A model generated the notes under the pieces. It made no database searches. It was not told where the DNA came from and worked only from the letters and a program-made list of their open reading frames with translations. DNA of 64,000 nucleotides from contig DVNX01000113.1 of NCBI GenBank assembly GCA_018714045.1, positions 11,016 to 75,015 on the forward strand. Reading direction: 5' to 3'. The DNA is from Candidatus Ornithoclostridium faecavium. Its GTDB lineage: Bacteria; Bacillota; Clostridia; Christensenellales; UBA3700. Both the position numbers and the translations under genes were made by a program. Shown one piece after another: positions 1 through 13,099 of the stretch. Each line of letters opens with the position of its first letter. Positions within the stretch are counted from its first letter, which is position 1.

Positions 1-1340
1 CGGTAGCCGCGTTTATCTCCTCTTCAGTCGCGCCGAGGCGGAAGAGCTGAGCTATCGCGTATATCCTGTCGTCCGTGCCTATCTTTATATAGTCGATAAG
101 CGCCTTTTTGTCCATATCGTCGAACTTAGCCATATAAACGTGGTTCACGCCCGTTTCGAGAGAACGCACCGCCTTGAGCAGGCTTTCTTCAAACGTTCTG
201 CCCACGCTCATGACCTCGCCCGTCGCCTTCATCTGCGTGCCGAGTTTATTGTTAGCGTCCGCGAATTTGTCGAACGGGAAACGCGGCATTTTGGTTACCA
301 CGTAGTCGAGTGACGGTTCGAAAGAAGCGGGGGTATTTGCCAGCATTATTTCATCGAGGTTCATTCCCACGCCTATCTTAGCCGAAACGCGCGCAATCGG
401 ATAGCCGCTCGCCTTTGAAGCGAGAGCCGATGAACGCGAAACGCGGGGGTTTACCTCTATGAGATAGTATTGGAACGACTTGGGATCGAGAGCGAACTGG
501 ACGTTGCAGCCGCCCTTTATCTCCAGAGCGCGGATTATCTTGAGCGCGCTGTCTCTCAGCATATGGTATTCTCTGTTGGTAAGGGTCTGAGAAGGACATA
601 CGACTATACTGTCGCCCGTGTGTATGCCTACGGGGTCGAGGTTTTCCATGTTACAGATCGTTATCGCGGTGTCGTTGGCGTCGCGCATGACCTCGTACTC
701 TATTTCCTTAAAGCCCTTTATGCTCTTTTCGACCAGCACCTGGTGGACGGGGGAAAGCGCGAGGGCGTTTTTGATTATCTCCAGAAACTCCTCTTCGTTG
801 TCCGCAAAACCGCCGCCCGTGCCGCCCAGCGTAAACGCGGGTCTGAGCACTACCGGGTAACCTATGCGTTCCACCGCCTTAAGACCTTCTTCTACGGTAT
901 TGGCTATCTCTGAAGGAAGAACGGGCTCTCCGAGAGACTGACAGAGTTCTTTGAAAAGCTCTCTGTCTTCAGCTCTCTCTATACTCTTGCTGTTTGTGCC
1001 GAGAAGCTCTACGCGGCATTCTCTCAATACGCCTTTCTTTTCAAGCTGCATCGCAAGGTTGAGACCCGTCTGTCCGCCGATTCCGGGGATTATCGCGTCG
1101 GGACGCTCGTAGCGGATTATCTTGGCGATATATTCGAGGGTCAAAGGCTCCATATACACCTTGTCCGCGATCGACGTATCCGTCATTATCGTAGCGGGGT
1201 TGGAGTTGCAAAGCACGACTTCGTAGCCCTCTTCTTTGAGCGCGAGGCACGCCTGAGTGCCCGCATAGTCGAATTCGGCAGCCTGTCCTATGACGATAGG
1301 TCCCGAACCTATAACGAGTATCTTCTTTATGTCGGTACGC

Positions 1341-1348
<8 letters not shown>
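1..1348 (-). CDS. carB: carbamoyl-phosphate synthase large subunit, N-terminal part (3' end lies outside the window)
   Basis: Reverse translation from the ATG at 1348 gives [34 protein letters not shown]..., the conserved CarB N-terminus. The ATG overlaps the carA stop by 8 nt. Absent from the ORF track because there is no stop inside the window. Confidence 0.9.
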
Positions 1349-4060
<2,712 letters not shown>

Positions 4061-4070
4061 TTACCGCGAA

Positions 4071-5600
4071 TCACTCCCATTCAACCGTCGCGGGCGGCTT
4101 CGAGGTGATGTCGTAGACGACTCTGCCGACAGTCCTCACTTCGTTGGTTATTCTGCTGCTCGCCCTTTCGAGTACCTCGTAAGGCAGGCGCGTCCAGTCC
4201 GCGGTCATGAAGTCGTCCGTAGTGACCGCTCTGAGCGCCACCGTATATCCGTAAGTCCTCGCGTCGCCCATAACGCCCACGCTTCTGGTGTCGGTGAGCA
4301 CCGCAAAGTACTGATTCGTGACACGCTCGAGTCCCGCGTTCACGACCTCTTCTCTGAAGATCGCGTCCGCCTCTCTCAGCGTATCGAGTTTTTCTTTGGT
4401 TATCTCCCCGATAACTCTTATCGCGAGACCGGGACCCGGGAACGGCTGACGCCATACGAGATCCGCGGGGATACCCAGCTCAGTGCCCACCGCGCGCACT
4501 TCGTCCTTGAACAGCTCGCGCAGCGGTTCTATTATCTCGTCGAAATCTATAACGCTGGGCAGTCCGCCGACGTTGTGATGGCTCTTTATCGTCGAAGCGT
4601 CGCCCGCGCCGCTCTCTATCACGTCGGGGTAAATGGTACCCTGTACGAGATAGTTCACCTTGCCAATCTTCTTAGCCTCGCGCTCGAAAACGCGTATGAA
4701 TTCTTCGCCTATTATCTTGCGCTTCTTTTCGGGTTCGGTTACCCCTTTGAGCTTTTCGAGGAACAGATCCTCTACGTTCACTCTTATTATGTTTATGTCG
4801 AAACGCTTTTTGAAAGTGCGCTCCACCATGTCTCCTTCGTCCTTTCTCAGCAGACCGTGATCGACGAAAACACAGGTAAGGTCGGATCCTATCGCCTTGT
4901 GCAGAAGCACAGCCGCGACCGACGAATCAACGCCGCCCGAAAGCGCGCACAGCACTTTTTTGCCCTTGAGCTGCTTTGCATACTTTTCGACCGCCTCTTT
5001 AGCAAAGTCCGACATCTTCCAGTCGCCCGAACACTTGCATATCGCGAAAAGGAAGTTGTGAAGCATTCTCTTGCCGTATACCGTATGTGTGACCTCGGGG
5101 TGGAACTGCACCGCATATATGCTCTTTCCGTCGCTCATCGCCGCGCACGGGCAATGCTGAGTAGTCGCGGTGACGGTAAAGCCGTCGGGCACGCGCTTTA
5201 TATAGTCGGTATGGCTCATCCAGCATATACTCTTTTCGGGTACTCCCTCGAACAACGGGTCGTCTTTGACTGAAAGCTCTATCTTGCCGTATTCGCCCAA
5301 AGCGCCCGCGCTGCATATTTCGCCGCCCGTAAGCCACGCGGTCAGCTGCGCGCCGTAACATATCCCCAGTACGGGAATGCCCAATTCAAGCACTTTTTTG
5401 TCGCAATGCGGCGACTTTTCGTCGTAAACGCTGTTGGGTCCGCCGGTAAATATAATGCCCTTGTAACCCTGCGCGGCTATCTCTTCCGCGGTGATCTTGT
5501 TGTACGGTTTTATCTCGGCGTACACGTTCTGTTCGCGCACTCTGCGCGCAATCAGCTGGTTGTACTGTCCGCCGAAATCGAGTACCAGAATTTTTTCCAT
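4071..5600 (-). CDS. guaA: GMP synthase (glutamine-hydrolysing)
   Basis: Starts [20 protein letters not shown], has the SGGVDSS PP-loop and ends TVEWE. Start moved to the ATG at 5600 (GAGAGG SD upstream); the track start at 5615 is a TTG. Confidence 0.95.
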   Translation of the reverse strand: MEKILVLDFGGQYNQLIARRVREQNVYAEIKPYNKITAEEIAAQGYKGIIFTGGPNSVYDEKSPHCDKKVLELGIPVLGICYGAQLTAWLTGGEICSAGALGEYGKIELSVKDDPLFEGVPEKSICWMSHTDYIKRVPDGFTVTATTQHCPCAAMSDGKSIYAVQFHPEVTHTVYGKRMLHNFLFAICKCSGDWKMSDFAKEAVEKYAKQLKGKKVLCALSGGVDSSVAAVLLHKAIGSDLTCVFVDHGLLRKDEGDMVERTFKKRFDINIIRVNVEDLFLEKLKGVTEPEKKRKIIGEEFIRVFEREAKKIGKVNYLVQGTIYPDVIESGAGDASTIKSHHNVGGLPSVIDFDEIIEPLRELFKDEVRAVGTELGIPADLVWRQPFPGPGLAIRVIGEITKEKLDTLREADAIFREEVVNAGLERVTNQYFAVLTDTRSVGVMGDARTYGYTVALRAVTTDDFMTADWTRLPYEVLERASSRITNEVRTVGRVVYDITSKPPATVEWE

Positions 5601-5633
5601 ATATATGCCTCTCAAATATATTTTTTTACTTCT

Positions 5634-7211
5634 TTATTTTCCGCTGTCGCCGTAGTTGGAAAGCACTCTCGCGGACGGGTCGGATACGTCGCAGCCCTTC
5701 CAGCTCTTGTTGGGCATCCAGAAGTCCTTTATCATCTCTCCCTGCCCCGGATAGTACTTTTCGAATATCTCTCTGTACAGCAGCGATTCTTTGGTGAACG
5801 GGCGCGCGTGCGCATGCCGCGCGCGTCTTTCTTCATATTCTTTATCCGAATAATACCCGCCAGCGTACTCTTTCAGGTAGTCGACCATCGAGTGCCCTAC
5901 CGCGTCAGAAAAAGCCGCTTTTTCTCTCATCAGTATATCGTAAGGGAGCCAGTCTCCTTCGAAAGCCTTTCTTAAAAGGTACTTGCCCTTTCCGTAGACG
6001 TTCATCTTTATCGCGGGATCGAGGCTCATCACGTATTTCACGAAGTCGAGGTCTCCGAAAGGAACTCTCGCTTCGAGAGAGTTTACCGATATGCACCTGT
6101 CCGCGCGGAGCACGTCGTACATATAAAGTTCTCTCAATCGCTTCTGGGCTTCCTTCTGAAATTCCTCTGCGCTCGGCGCGAAATCCGTATACTTATAGCC
6201 GAAAAGCTCGTCCGATATCTCTCCCGTCAGAAGAACTCTTATATCCGTCGTCTCGTGTATCGCCTTGCACACCAGGTACATTCCGATGCTGGCGCGCACC
6301 GTCGTTATATCGAAAGTTCCCAGTATCTTTATTACCGTATCGAGTGACGCGAGAACTTTTTCCTTGTCTATTATGACCTCTGTATGTTCGCTGCCGATAT
6401 AGTCCGCGACTTCGCGTGCGTATCTTAAATCTATCGCGTCGCCGCTCATGCCTATCGAAAAGGTCTTTATCGGCTTATCGCTCTTCTTAGCCGCGACCGC
6501 GCATACCAGCGAGGAATCAAGTCCGCCGCTCAGAAGAAATCCTACTTTCGCGTCCGCGACAAGGCGCTTTTCTATGCCCGCTACCAGCTTTTCGCGGATA
6601 TTCTTGCAGGCTTCATTGACGCCGTCTTTGCTTACTTCTTCCGCCGCCGCGATATCGCAGTATCTTACGAACTTGTCGCCGTCGTAGTAGCACCCGGGAG
6701 GAAACGGCGTTATTTTGTCCGTAAGTCCTACGAGGTTTATCGCCTCGCTCGCGAACATTATCGCGCCCGTTTCGTCATAGCCGTAAAAGAGCGGTCTTAT
6801 CCCTATCGGATCCCTTGCGGCGATAAACTTGCCGCGCTTTGCGTCATATATCACTAAGGCGTATTCCGCGTCCAGCATAGCGAACATATCCGTTCCGTAC
6901 TCCTTATAGAGAGGCAGGAGCACCTCGCAGTCCGAATCGCTTTTGAACGCATACTTGCCTTCAAGCGCCTTTCTGAATTTATCGAAGCCGTATATCTCGC
7001 CGTTGCATATGAGATAATCTCCGTCAAGGCTGAACGGTTGCATACCGTCGGGCGTAAGTCCCATTATAGCCAGTCTGTGAAAGCCCGTCAGCCCCGCGCC
7101 GATATCGATCACACGGCTGTCGTCGGGTCCTCTCGACACTGTGCGGGAAAAGCCTTCGTCGAATTTTTCCCGCGGCGCGTCCTTTCGGCAATATGCCATT
7201 ATCGAACACAT
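5634..7211 (-). CDS. asnB: asparagine synthetase (glutamine-hydrolysing), class II Ntn amidotransferase
   Basis: 525 aa with N-terminal Met-Cys (MCSI...) and the SGGLDSS PP-loop. GGAGGGG SD lies inside the end of glnN. Confidence 0.9.
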   Translation of the reverse strand: MCSIMAYCRKDAPREKFDEGFSRTVSRGPDDSRVIDIGAGLTGFHRLAIMGLTPDGMQPFSLDGDYLICNGEIYGFDKFRKALEGKYAFKSDSDCEVLLPLYKEYGTDMFAMLDAEYALVIYDAKRGKFIAARDPIGIRPLFYGYDETGAIMFASEAINLVGLTDKITPFPPGCYYDGDKFVRYCDIAAAEEVSKDGVNEACKNIREKLVAGIEKRLVADAKVGFLLSGGLDSSLVCAVAAKKSDKPIKTFSIGMSGDAIDLRYAREVADYIGSEHTEVIIDKEKVLASLDTVIKILGTFDITTVRASIGMYLVCKAIHETTDIRVLLTGEISDELFGYKYTDFAPSAEEFQKEAQKRLRELYMYDVLRADRCISVNSLEARVPFGDLDFVKYVMSLDPAIKMNVYGKGKYLLRKAFEGDWLPYDILMREKAAFSDAVGHSMVDYLKEYAGGYYSDKEYEERRARHAHARPFTKESLLYREIFEKYYPGQGEMIKDFWMPNKSWKGCDVSDPSARVLSNYGDSGK

Positions 7212-7222
7212 AAGCCCCTCCG

Positions 7223-9316
7223 TTATCTGACGCCGAACAGCAATTCGCCGTAAGTGGGGATCGGCCAGTATTCCGCAGCCGTCTTGGTTTCCGCTTCGTC
7301 CACGACCGCTCTCAGAGCGCTCATCTTGGGAAGGATCCCGTCTCTTATATAATCCGCTTCTGATATTATATCACAAAAATCCTTTACGTGAACGACGGCT
7401 TCTTTCAATTCGCTTGCCAAAGCCTGTCCTCTTTCCGTCAGTGACGACAAATTTTTTACCAGCCCGTGTTCGTAATCGCAACTTATATCCGGCATGAAAT
7501 TTTTCTTTGAAATTGCCGTTTCGCAAATTTTCGAAACGTATTTTTCGACCGCGGGAATGAGCTGCTTTTCAGCCATATCGACCATCGTCTCAGCCTCTAT
7601 AAGCACAGCCTTGCAGTAGTTGTCCAGCATTATATCGCACCTGGACTTAAGCTCCGTCTCGCTGTAAACGCCCTGCGAGGTCAGCATATCGACGTTCTTT
7701 TTGTCGAGGAGGTGCGGCATGCAGTCGGGAGTCGTGCGGTAGTTGGAAAGACCTCTCCTTTCCGCTTCTTTTATCCACGCTTCGTCATAACCGTTGCCGT
7801 TGAATACGATGCGCTTGTGGTCTTTTATCGTCTTCTTTATCATAAGGTGCAGAGCCGTGTTGAAATCCTCTACCCCTTCCAGTCTGTCGGCGTACTGTTT
7901 GAGTGATTCCGCGACAGCCGCGTTCAGCATTATGTTGGCGCACGCTATGCTGTTGGACGAGCCGAGCATTCTGAATTCGAACTTGTTGCCCGTAAAAGCG
8001 AAAGGAGACGTCCTGTTTCTGTCCGTCGTGTCCTTCTGAAAAAGAGGAAGCACGTCTACGCCCAGCTTGAGCTGAGTTTTCTTTTTCCCGCTGTACGGCT
8101 TATCGTTTTCGATAGCTTCGAGAACGGCGGTAAGTTCGTCGCCTAAGAATACCGAAAGTACCGCGGGCGGAGCTTCGTTCGCGCCCAGTCTGTGGTCGTT
8201 ACCCGCAGTAGCGACCGCGATCCTCAGAAGATCCTGATAATCGTCCACCGCCTTAAGCACCGCGCACAGAAATAACAGAAACTGCGCGTTTTCGTGCGGC
8301 GTTTCGCCGGGAGTGAGCAGGTTTACGCCCTTGTCCGTCGCCATAGACCAGTTGTTATGCTTGCCGCTTCCGTTTACGCCCGCGAACGGCTTTTCGTGAA
8401 GAAGGCATACGAGACCGTGACGGGAAGCGACCTTCTGCATTATCTCCATCGTCAGCTGGTTGTGGTCGGTAGCGATGTTGGTCGTGCTGTATATAGGCGC
8501 GAGTTCGTGCTGAGCGGGAGCGACTTCGTTGTGTTCGGTTTTAGCGAGCACGCCCAGTTTCCAAAGCTCCTCGTTGAGATCTGCCATATACTCTTCCACT
8601 CTGGGCTTGATGACCCCGAAATAGTGGTCGTCGAGTTCCTGACCCTTGGGAGCTTTAGCGCCGAAAAGAGTGCGACCCGTATAAATGAGGTCTTTTCTCT
8701 TATCGTACATTTCTTTGTCTATAAGAAAGTATTCCTGTTCGGGTCCCACAGAGGTACGCACGCATTTGACGTTCGTGTTGCCGAAAAGCTTAAGAATTCT
8801 CATCGCCTGTCTGTTCAGCGCTTCCATCGAACGCAGAAGCGGAGTCTTTTTATCCAGCGCTTCGCCGCCGTACGAACAGAACGCGGTCGGGATGCAAAGG
8901 GTCTTTCCCTTGATGAACGCGTAGGAGGTCGGATCCCACGCGGTATATCCTCTCGCCTCGAAAGTCGCTCTCAGTCCTCCCGACGGGAAGCTGGAAGCGT
9001 CGGGCTCACCTTTTATCAGTTCTTTTCCCGAAAACTCCATTATCACTCTGCCGTCGGGTGCGGGAGTAATGAAGCTGTCATGCTTTTCAGCCGTGATACC
9101 GGTAAGAGGCTGGAACCAGTGCGTGTAGTGCGTCGCGCCGTGAGCTACCGCCCAGTCCTTCATGGCATTCGCGACCGCGTTGGCTACCGAGATGTCGAGT
9201 TGCGACCCTCTGTCGATAGTTCTTTTCAGAGACCTGTACACGTCCGCAGACAACGTTGCTCTCATCACCCTGTCGTCAAAGACCATGCTGCCGAAATAAT
9301 CCGATACCGTTTGCAT
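7223..9316 (-). CDS. glnN: glutamine synthetase, type III
   Basis: About 697 aa from [15 protein letters not shown]..., with the length and N-terminus typical of GSIII. GGAG SD precedes the ATG at 9316. The 22 extra codons of the track ORF are a translation of the leader terminator. Confidence 0.9.
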   Translation of the reverse strand: MQTVSDYFGSMVFDDRVMRATLSADVYRSLKRTIDRGSQLDISVANAVANAMKDWAVAHGATHYTHWFQPLTGITAEKHDSFITPAPDGRVIMEFSGKELIKGEPDASSFPSGGLRATFEARGYTAWDPTSYAFIKGKTLCIPTAFCSYGGEALDKKTPLLRSMEALNRQAMRILKLFGNTNVKCVRTSVGPEQEYFLIDKEMYDKRKDLIYTGRTLFGAKAPKGQELDDHYFGVIKPRVEEYMADLNEELWKLGVLAKTEHNEVAPAQHELAPIYSTTNIATDHNQLTMEIMQKVASRHGLVCLLHEKPFAGVNGSGKHNNWSMATDKGVNLLTPGETPHENAQFLLFLCAVLKAVDDYQDLLRIAVATAGNDHRLGANEAPPAVLSVFLGDELTAVLEAIENDKPYSGKKKTQLKLGVDVLPLFQKDTTDRNRTSPFAFTGNKFEFRMLGSSNSIACANIMLNAAVAESLKQYADRLEGVEDFNTALHLMIKKTIKDHKRIVFNGNGYDEAWIKEAERRGLSNYRTTPDCMPHLLDKKNVDMLTSQGVYSETELKSRCDIMLDNYCKAVLIEAETMVDMAEKQLIPAVEKYVSKICETAISKKNFMPDISCDYEHGLVKNLSSLTERGQALASELKEAVVHVKDFCDIISEADYIRDGILPKMSALRAVVDEAETKTAAEYWPIPTYGELLFGVR

Positions 9317-9338
9317 AATTTTATTCTCCTTTTTCAAT

Positions 9339-9387
9339 AAAAAAGGGCAACGGCGCCTATGCTTTTTCAACATAGACGCCATTGCCC
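9339..9387 (-). terminator. intrinsic terminator in the glnN leader (attenuator)
   Basis: Minus strand reads GGGCAATGGCGTCTATG-ttgaaaaag-CATAGGCGCCGTTGCCC followed by TTTTTT. It lies between the promoter and the glnN SD. Confidence 0.75.
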
Positions 9388-9405
9388 GTTTGATTTATGT
9401 TTCGG

Positions 9406-9434
9406 ATTATACACAACGAAAAAACGTTTGTCAA
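9406..9434 (-). promoter_or_regulatory. sigma-A type promoter of the glnN operon
   Basis: Minus strand has TTGACA (9434..9429), a 17-nt spacer, then TATAAT (9411..9406). Confidence 0.7.
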
Positions 9435-9501
9435 CGGATTTTTGCAAAATTTTCTGAGAAATTTTTTATTGCCTTTTCTCGGATTTTTTGCGTTTTTTGA
9501 G

Positions 9502-9531
9502 TTGACGGACGCGATTTCATAATGCTATAAT
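9502..9531 (+). promoter_or_regulatory. sigma-A type promoter of the split-gltS/glnA/ANTAR operon
   Basis: TTGACG (9502..9507), an 18-nt spacer, then TATAAT (9526..9531). Confidence 0.65.
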
Positions 9532-9546
9532 CTGTCAAACGGGCAA

Positions 9547-9597
9547 AGGCGTTCGTTTTTGAGGATAACTGTCCTCGAAAACGAGCGCCTTTTTTTG
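9547..9597 (+). terminator. intrinsic terminator in the glt-operon leader (attenuator)
   Basis: An approximately 22-bp stem (AGGCGTTCGTTTTTGAGGA / TCCTCGAAAACGAGCGCCT) with a 6-nt loop and a T7 run. It lies 125 nt upstream of the first ORF. Confidence 0.75.
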
Positions 9598-9721
9598 CGT
9601 TGTGTCCGATGTGACGATGAGCATTAGTCGCTATCGCGTAATGACGCTTGTTGCATAAAGCTAAATTAATTAATCGATACCACTTATCCGTGCTATACGG
9701 ACAAGAAAGAGAGGTTTTTAT

Positions 9722-10816
9722 ATGTTATTGAAAGAAGGTCAGGTAAGGATCCCGTCGGGTTGCGCGGTATCTGCGGTGATTTCCCGAAAAGGCGAACTTA
9801 TGAGCGGCGAAAAAATAGTCGCCAGCATGGTGCCTATGCACGAGCGGTCGAACGGGCTGGGAGGCGGCTTCGCAGGTTACGGCATATATCCCGATATGGC
9901 TGAGTTTTACGCCTTTCATATGTTCTTCGAAAACAGAGAATGTCAGAAAGAATGCGAAGCGTATTTAAAAGAAGGCTTCGAAATAGTAAAAGCAGAACCT
10001 GTTCCCGTCCGCAAGATACCCGCGATAACGGACGAACCTGTCATTTTCAGATATTTCCTCTCCCCTCTGCGTTCCCGCATATCCGACGCGCAGGTGGACG
10101 AACGCGAATTCGTAGCACGCGCGACTATCCATATCAACGTATGCATAGACGGCGCTTACGTTGTATCGGGCGGCAAGAATATGGGCGTGTTCAAGGCTGT
10201 CGGCTTTCCGGAGGACGTAGGCGAATTCTACCGTCTGGACGAATACTCCGCATACTGCTGGACGGCGCACGGAAGATATCCGACCAACACCCCGGGCTGG
10301 TGGGGCGGCGCGCACCCGTTCGGACTTCTCGACTACACAGTCGTCCACAACGGCGAAATATCCTCTTACGACGCCAACCGCAGATATATAGAAGGTTACG
10401 GCTATAAATGCACTCTGCAGACGGATACAGAGGTGTTCACTTATATCGCCGATTACCTTATCAGAAAAAAAGGACTGACCCCCGAAGAAACGGCAAGCGT
10501 TATCGCCGCGCCCTTCTGGTCGACGATCGAAAACAAACCTCCCGAGGAACGGAAAAAGCTGACCTACCTCAGAAACGTATTTTCGGGACTTCTGGTCACG
10601 GGACCTTTTTCGATAATCCTCGGCTTTACAGGCGGGCTCATGGCTCTCAACGACAGACTTAAGCTCCGCTCCATGGTCGTCGCGGAAAAGGACGACAAAG
10701 TTTTCATCTCAAGCGAAGAAGCGGCTATCCGCGTTATGGAACCCGACGCGATAAACGTCCGTGCGCCCGAAGGCGGCGAACCCGTAGTAATAAGAGTTGA
10801 GGAGGGCGCATACTGA
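9722..10816 (+). CDS. glutamate synthase-type class II (Ntn) glutamine amidotransferase domain protein
   Basis: 364 aa. Candidate nucleophile Cys in IPSGCAVSAV. Resembles the GltB N-terminal domain and is the first of three domain-sized ORFs. Confidence 0.75.
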   Translation: MLLKEGQVRIPSGCAVSAVISRKGELMSGEKIVASMVPMHERSNGLGGGFAGYGIYPDMAEFYAFHMFFENRECQKECEAYLKEGFEIVKAEPVPVRKIPAITDEPVIFRYFLSPLRSRISDAQVDEREFVARATIHINVCIDGAYVVSGGKNMGVFKAVGFPEDVGEFYRLDEYSAYCWTAHGRYPTNTPGWWGGAHPFGLLDYTVVHNGEISSYDANRRYIEGYGYKCTLQTDTEVFTYIADYLIRKKGLTPEETASVIAAPFWSTIENKPPEERKKLTYLRNVFSGLLVTGPFSIILGFTGGLMALNDRLKLRSMVVAEKDDKVFISSEEAAIRVMEPDAINVRAPEGGEPVVIRVEEGAY

Positions 10817-12321
10817 TGCAGGCAGATTATATTTATCCGACGTACGAAGTAATAAGAAAAGACGAGCGTTGCAACAAATGCGGACTTTGCGTGCGCGAAT
10901 GTTCTTACGGCGTACACTACCGCTCTGATGACGGCAGATTTATATTGTCCGACGATTCGAAATGCGTGAACTGTCAGCGCTGCGTGGCGACCTGCCCTTC
11001 GCACGCGATAAAGATAGTAAAAAGCAACTGCGATTTCAGAGAAAACTTCAACTGGTCGGGAGACTCGATAAAGGAAATAATGAAACAGGCGGGAAGCGGC
11101 GGAGTACTGCTCTCTTCGATGGGCAATCCTCAGCCTTACCCCGTATACTGGGACAAACTTCTGATCAACGCGTCGCAGGTCACAAACCCGCCGATAGACC
11201 CTTTGAGAGAACCTATGGAAACGCGCGTATTCCTGGGGAAGAAACCCTCCGACATAGCGCGGGACGAACACGGGCAGCTGATTTCCGATCTTCCTCCCCG
11301 TCTTACGCTTGAGCTTCCTATACTCTTTTCCGCAATGAGTTACGGCTCGATAAGCTACAACGCGCACGCAGCTTTAGCCGCCGCCGCTACCGACCTCGGC
11401 ACCTGCTACAACACGGGAGAAGGCGGACTTCACGAAAACTTCTACCGCTACGGCGCAAACACGATCGTTCAGGTCGCTTCGGGCAGATTCGGCGTACACA
11501 AAGACTACCTCGAAGCGGGCGCGGCTATCGAGATAAAAATGGGTCAGGGAGCTAAACCCGGCATAGGAGGGCACCTGCCCGGCTCCAAGATCGTCGGCGA
11601 CGTTTCGCGTACCAGAATGATTCCCGAAGGATCAGACGCGATATCCCCCGCTCCCCACCACGACATATATTCAATCGAAGATCTTCGTCAGCTCGTGTTC
11701 TCGCTCAAAGAGGCGACAGAATACAAAAAGCCCGTCATAGTAAAGATAGCCGCCGTCCACAATATCGCCGCGATAGCCAGCGGCATAGCGAGAAGCGGAG
11801 CCGACGTCATCGCGATAGACGGTTTCAGAGGTGGCACGGGCGCGGCGCCTACGCGTATACGCGACAACGTGGGCATACCCGTCGAACTCGCGCTCGCCGC
11901 GGTAGACACGAGGCTGAGAGACGAAGGCATAAGAAACGACGTCTCTCTCATCGTCGGCGGCAGCATACGCAACTCTACCGACGTCGTAAAGGCGATAGCC
12001 CTCGGCGCGGACGCCTGCTATATCGCGACCGCCGCTCTCATCGCGATGGGCTGTCATATGTGCAGGAACTGCCAGAGCGGCAAATGCAACTGGGGAATAG
12101 CTACTCAGAACCCCGAACTCGTTAAACGCCTCGACCCTGAAGAAGGTCGGCGCCGCTTAGTCAACCTGCTTACGGCATGGAAACACGAGATCACGGAAAT
12201 AATGGGCGGCATGGGCATAAACTCGATAGAAGCGCTGAGAGGCAACCGGCTTATGCTGAGAGGCATAGGACTGACAGAAAAGGAACTGTCCGTCCTCGGC
12301 GTCGCGCACGCAGGAGAATAA
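10816..12321 (+). CDS. glutamate synthase FMN/Fe-S domain protein with N-terminal 2x[4Fe-4S] ferredoxin module
   Basis: Ferredoxin motifs CNKCGLCVRECS and CVNCQRCVATCP, followed by a GltB central-domain-like sequence (GEGG, GAKPG..GGHLPG, DGFRGGTGAAP). Confidence 0.8.
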   Translation: MQADYIYPTYEVIRKDERCNKCGLCVRECSYGVHYRSDDGRFILSDDSKCVNCQRCVATCPSHAIKIVKSNCDFRENFNWSGDSIKEIMKQAGSGGVLLSSMGNPQPYPVYWDKLLINASQVTNPPIDPLREPMETRVFLGKKPSDIARDEHGQLISDLPPRLTLELPILFSAMSYGSISYNAHAALAAAATDLGTCYNTGEGGLHENFYRYGANTIVQVASGRFGVHKDYLEAGAAIEIKMGQGAKPGIGGHLPGSKIVGDVSRTRMIPEGSDAISPAPHHDIYSIEDLRQLVFSLKEATEYKKPVIVKIAAVHNIAAIASGIARSGADVIAIDGFRGGTGAAPTRIRDNVGIPVELALAAVDTRLRDEGIRNDVSLIVGGSIRNSTDVVKAIALGADACYIATAALIAMGCHMCRNCQSGKCNWGIATQNPELVKRLDPEEGRRRLVNLLTAWKHEITEIMGGMGINSIEALRGNRLMLRGIGLTEKELSVLGVAHAGE

Positions 12322-12361
12322 CTTTTTATTCCGTAGTCAAATTTAAAGGAGATATGTTATA

Positions 12362-13084
12362 ATGATTATATTGAATGCGCGGGCGACTGACAACGCCGCT
12401 CTCAACGAAAGCGTAAGAAACGCGAAAGAAGATTGCGAAATATACGGCTGTCTGGGCGAAAGGTTCATAGGAACGGGACTTTCTGACAAGACGGTCAGGA
12501 TAAAAGGTATACCCGGCAACGCGCTGGGCGCATACCTTAACGGCGCGAAGATATACGTCGACGGCAACGCGCAGGATGCCGTAGGCGATACGATGAACTG
12601 CGGAGAGATAGTAATAAACGGTAGCGCGGGAGACGCGCCCGGTTACGCGATGCGCGGCGGCAAGATATATATCAGAGACAACGCGGGCTACCGTGCAGGT
12701 ATACATATGAAAGAATACGACGGCAAATTTCCCGTCATGATCGTAGGCGGCAGATGCGGCAGCTTTATGGGAGAATACCAGGCGGGCGGACTGATAGTCG
12801 TGCTGGGACTCAATAAGGACGGCAAACGCATAGTCGGCAACTTTCCTTGCGCGGGAATGCACGGCGGAAAAGTGCTTCTCAGAGGCGACGCGAGCGGGGT
12901 GCGCTTCCCCGACAAAGTCACCGCGAGACGAGCCGACCGCGAAGATCTGCTCTCCGCCGAAAGCTATATACGGGAGTTCTGCGAGGCGTTCAGGATGAAT
13001 GCGGACGAGATACTCTCTTCCCCGTTTACGGTCGTGACCCCGGACAGCGCAAACCCCTATAAGCGCATGTATGTAGAAAACTAA
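12362..13084 (+). CDS. GXGXG-motif protein (glutamate synthase C-terminal beta-helix domain)
   Basis: 240 aa with repeated G-x-G-x-G beta-helix turns (GIPGNALGAYLNGAKIYVDGNAQDAVG...). Confidence 0.8.
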   Translation: MIILNARATDNAALNESVRNAKEDCEIYGCLGERFIGTGLSDKTVRIKGIPGNALGAYLNGAKIYVDGNAQDAVGDTMNCGEIVINGSAGDAPGYAMRGGKIYIRDNAGYRAGIHMKEYDGKFPVMIVGGRCGSFMGEYQAGGLIVVLGLNKDGKRIVGNFPCAGMHGGKVLLRGDASGVRFPDKVTARRADREDLLSAESYIREFCEAFRMNADEILSSPFTVVTPDSANPYKRMYVEN

Positions 13085-13099
13085 CACAAAGGTGATATC

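Noticed and set aside
8294-9340. 348-aa plus-strand ORF
   Set aside because: It is an antisense shadow of glnN.
9317-9382. 22-codon N-terminal extension of the glnN track ORF ([22 protein letters not shown])
   Set aside because: It is a translation of the leader terminator hairpin and U-tract. A GGAG SD sits directly before the ATG at 9316, and the GSIII N-terminus starts at MQTVSDYF.
9598-9721. Region between the glt-leader terminator and the first ORF, inspected for a glutamine riboswitch, a T-box or a second attenuator
   Set aside because: I could not recognise any conserved riboswitch core or specifier/T-box sequence. Only short, weak hairpins are present.
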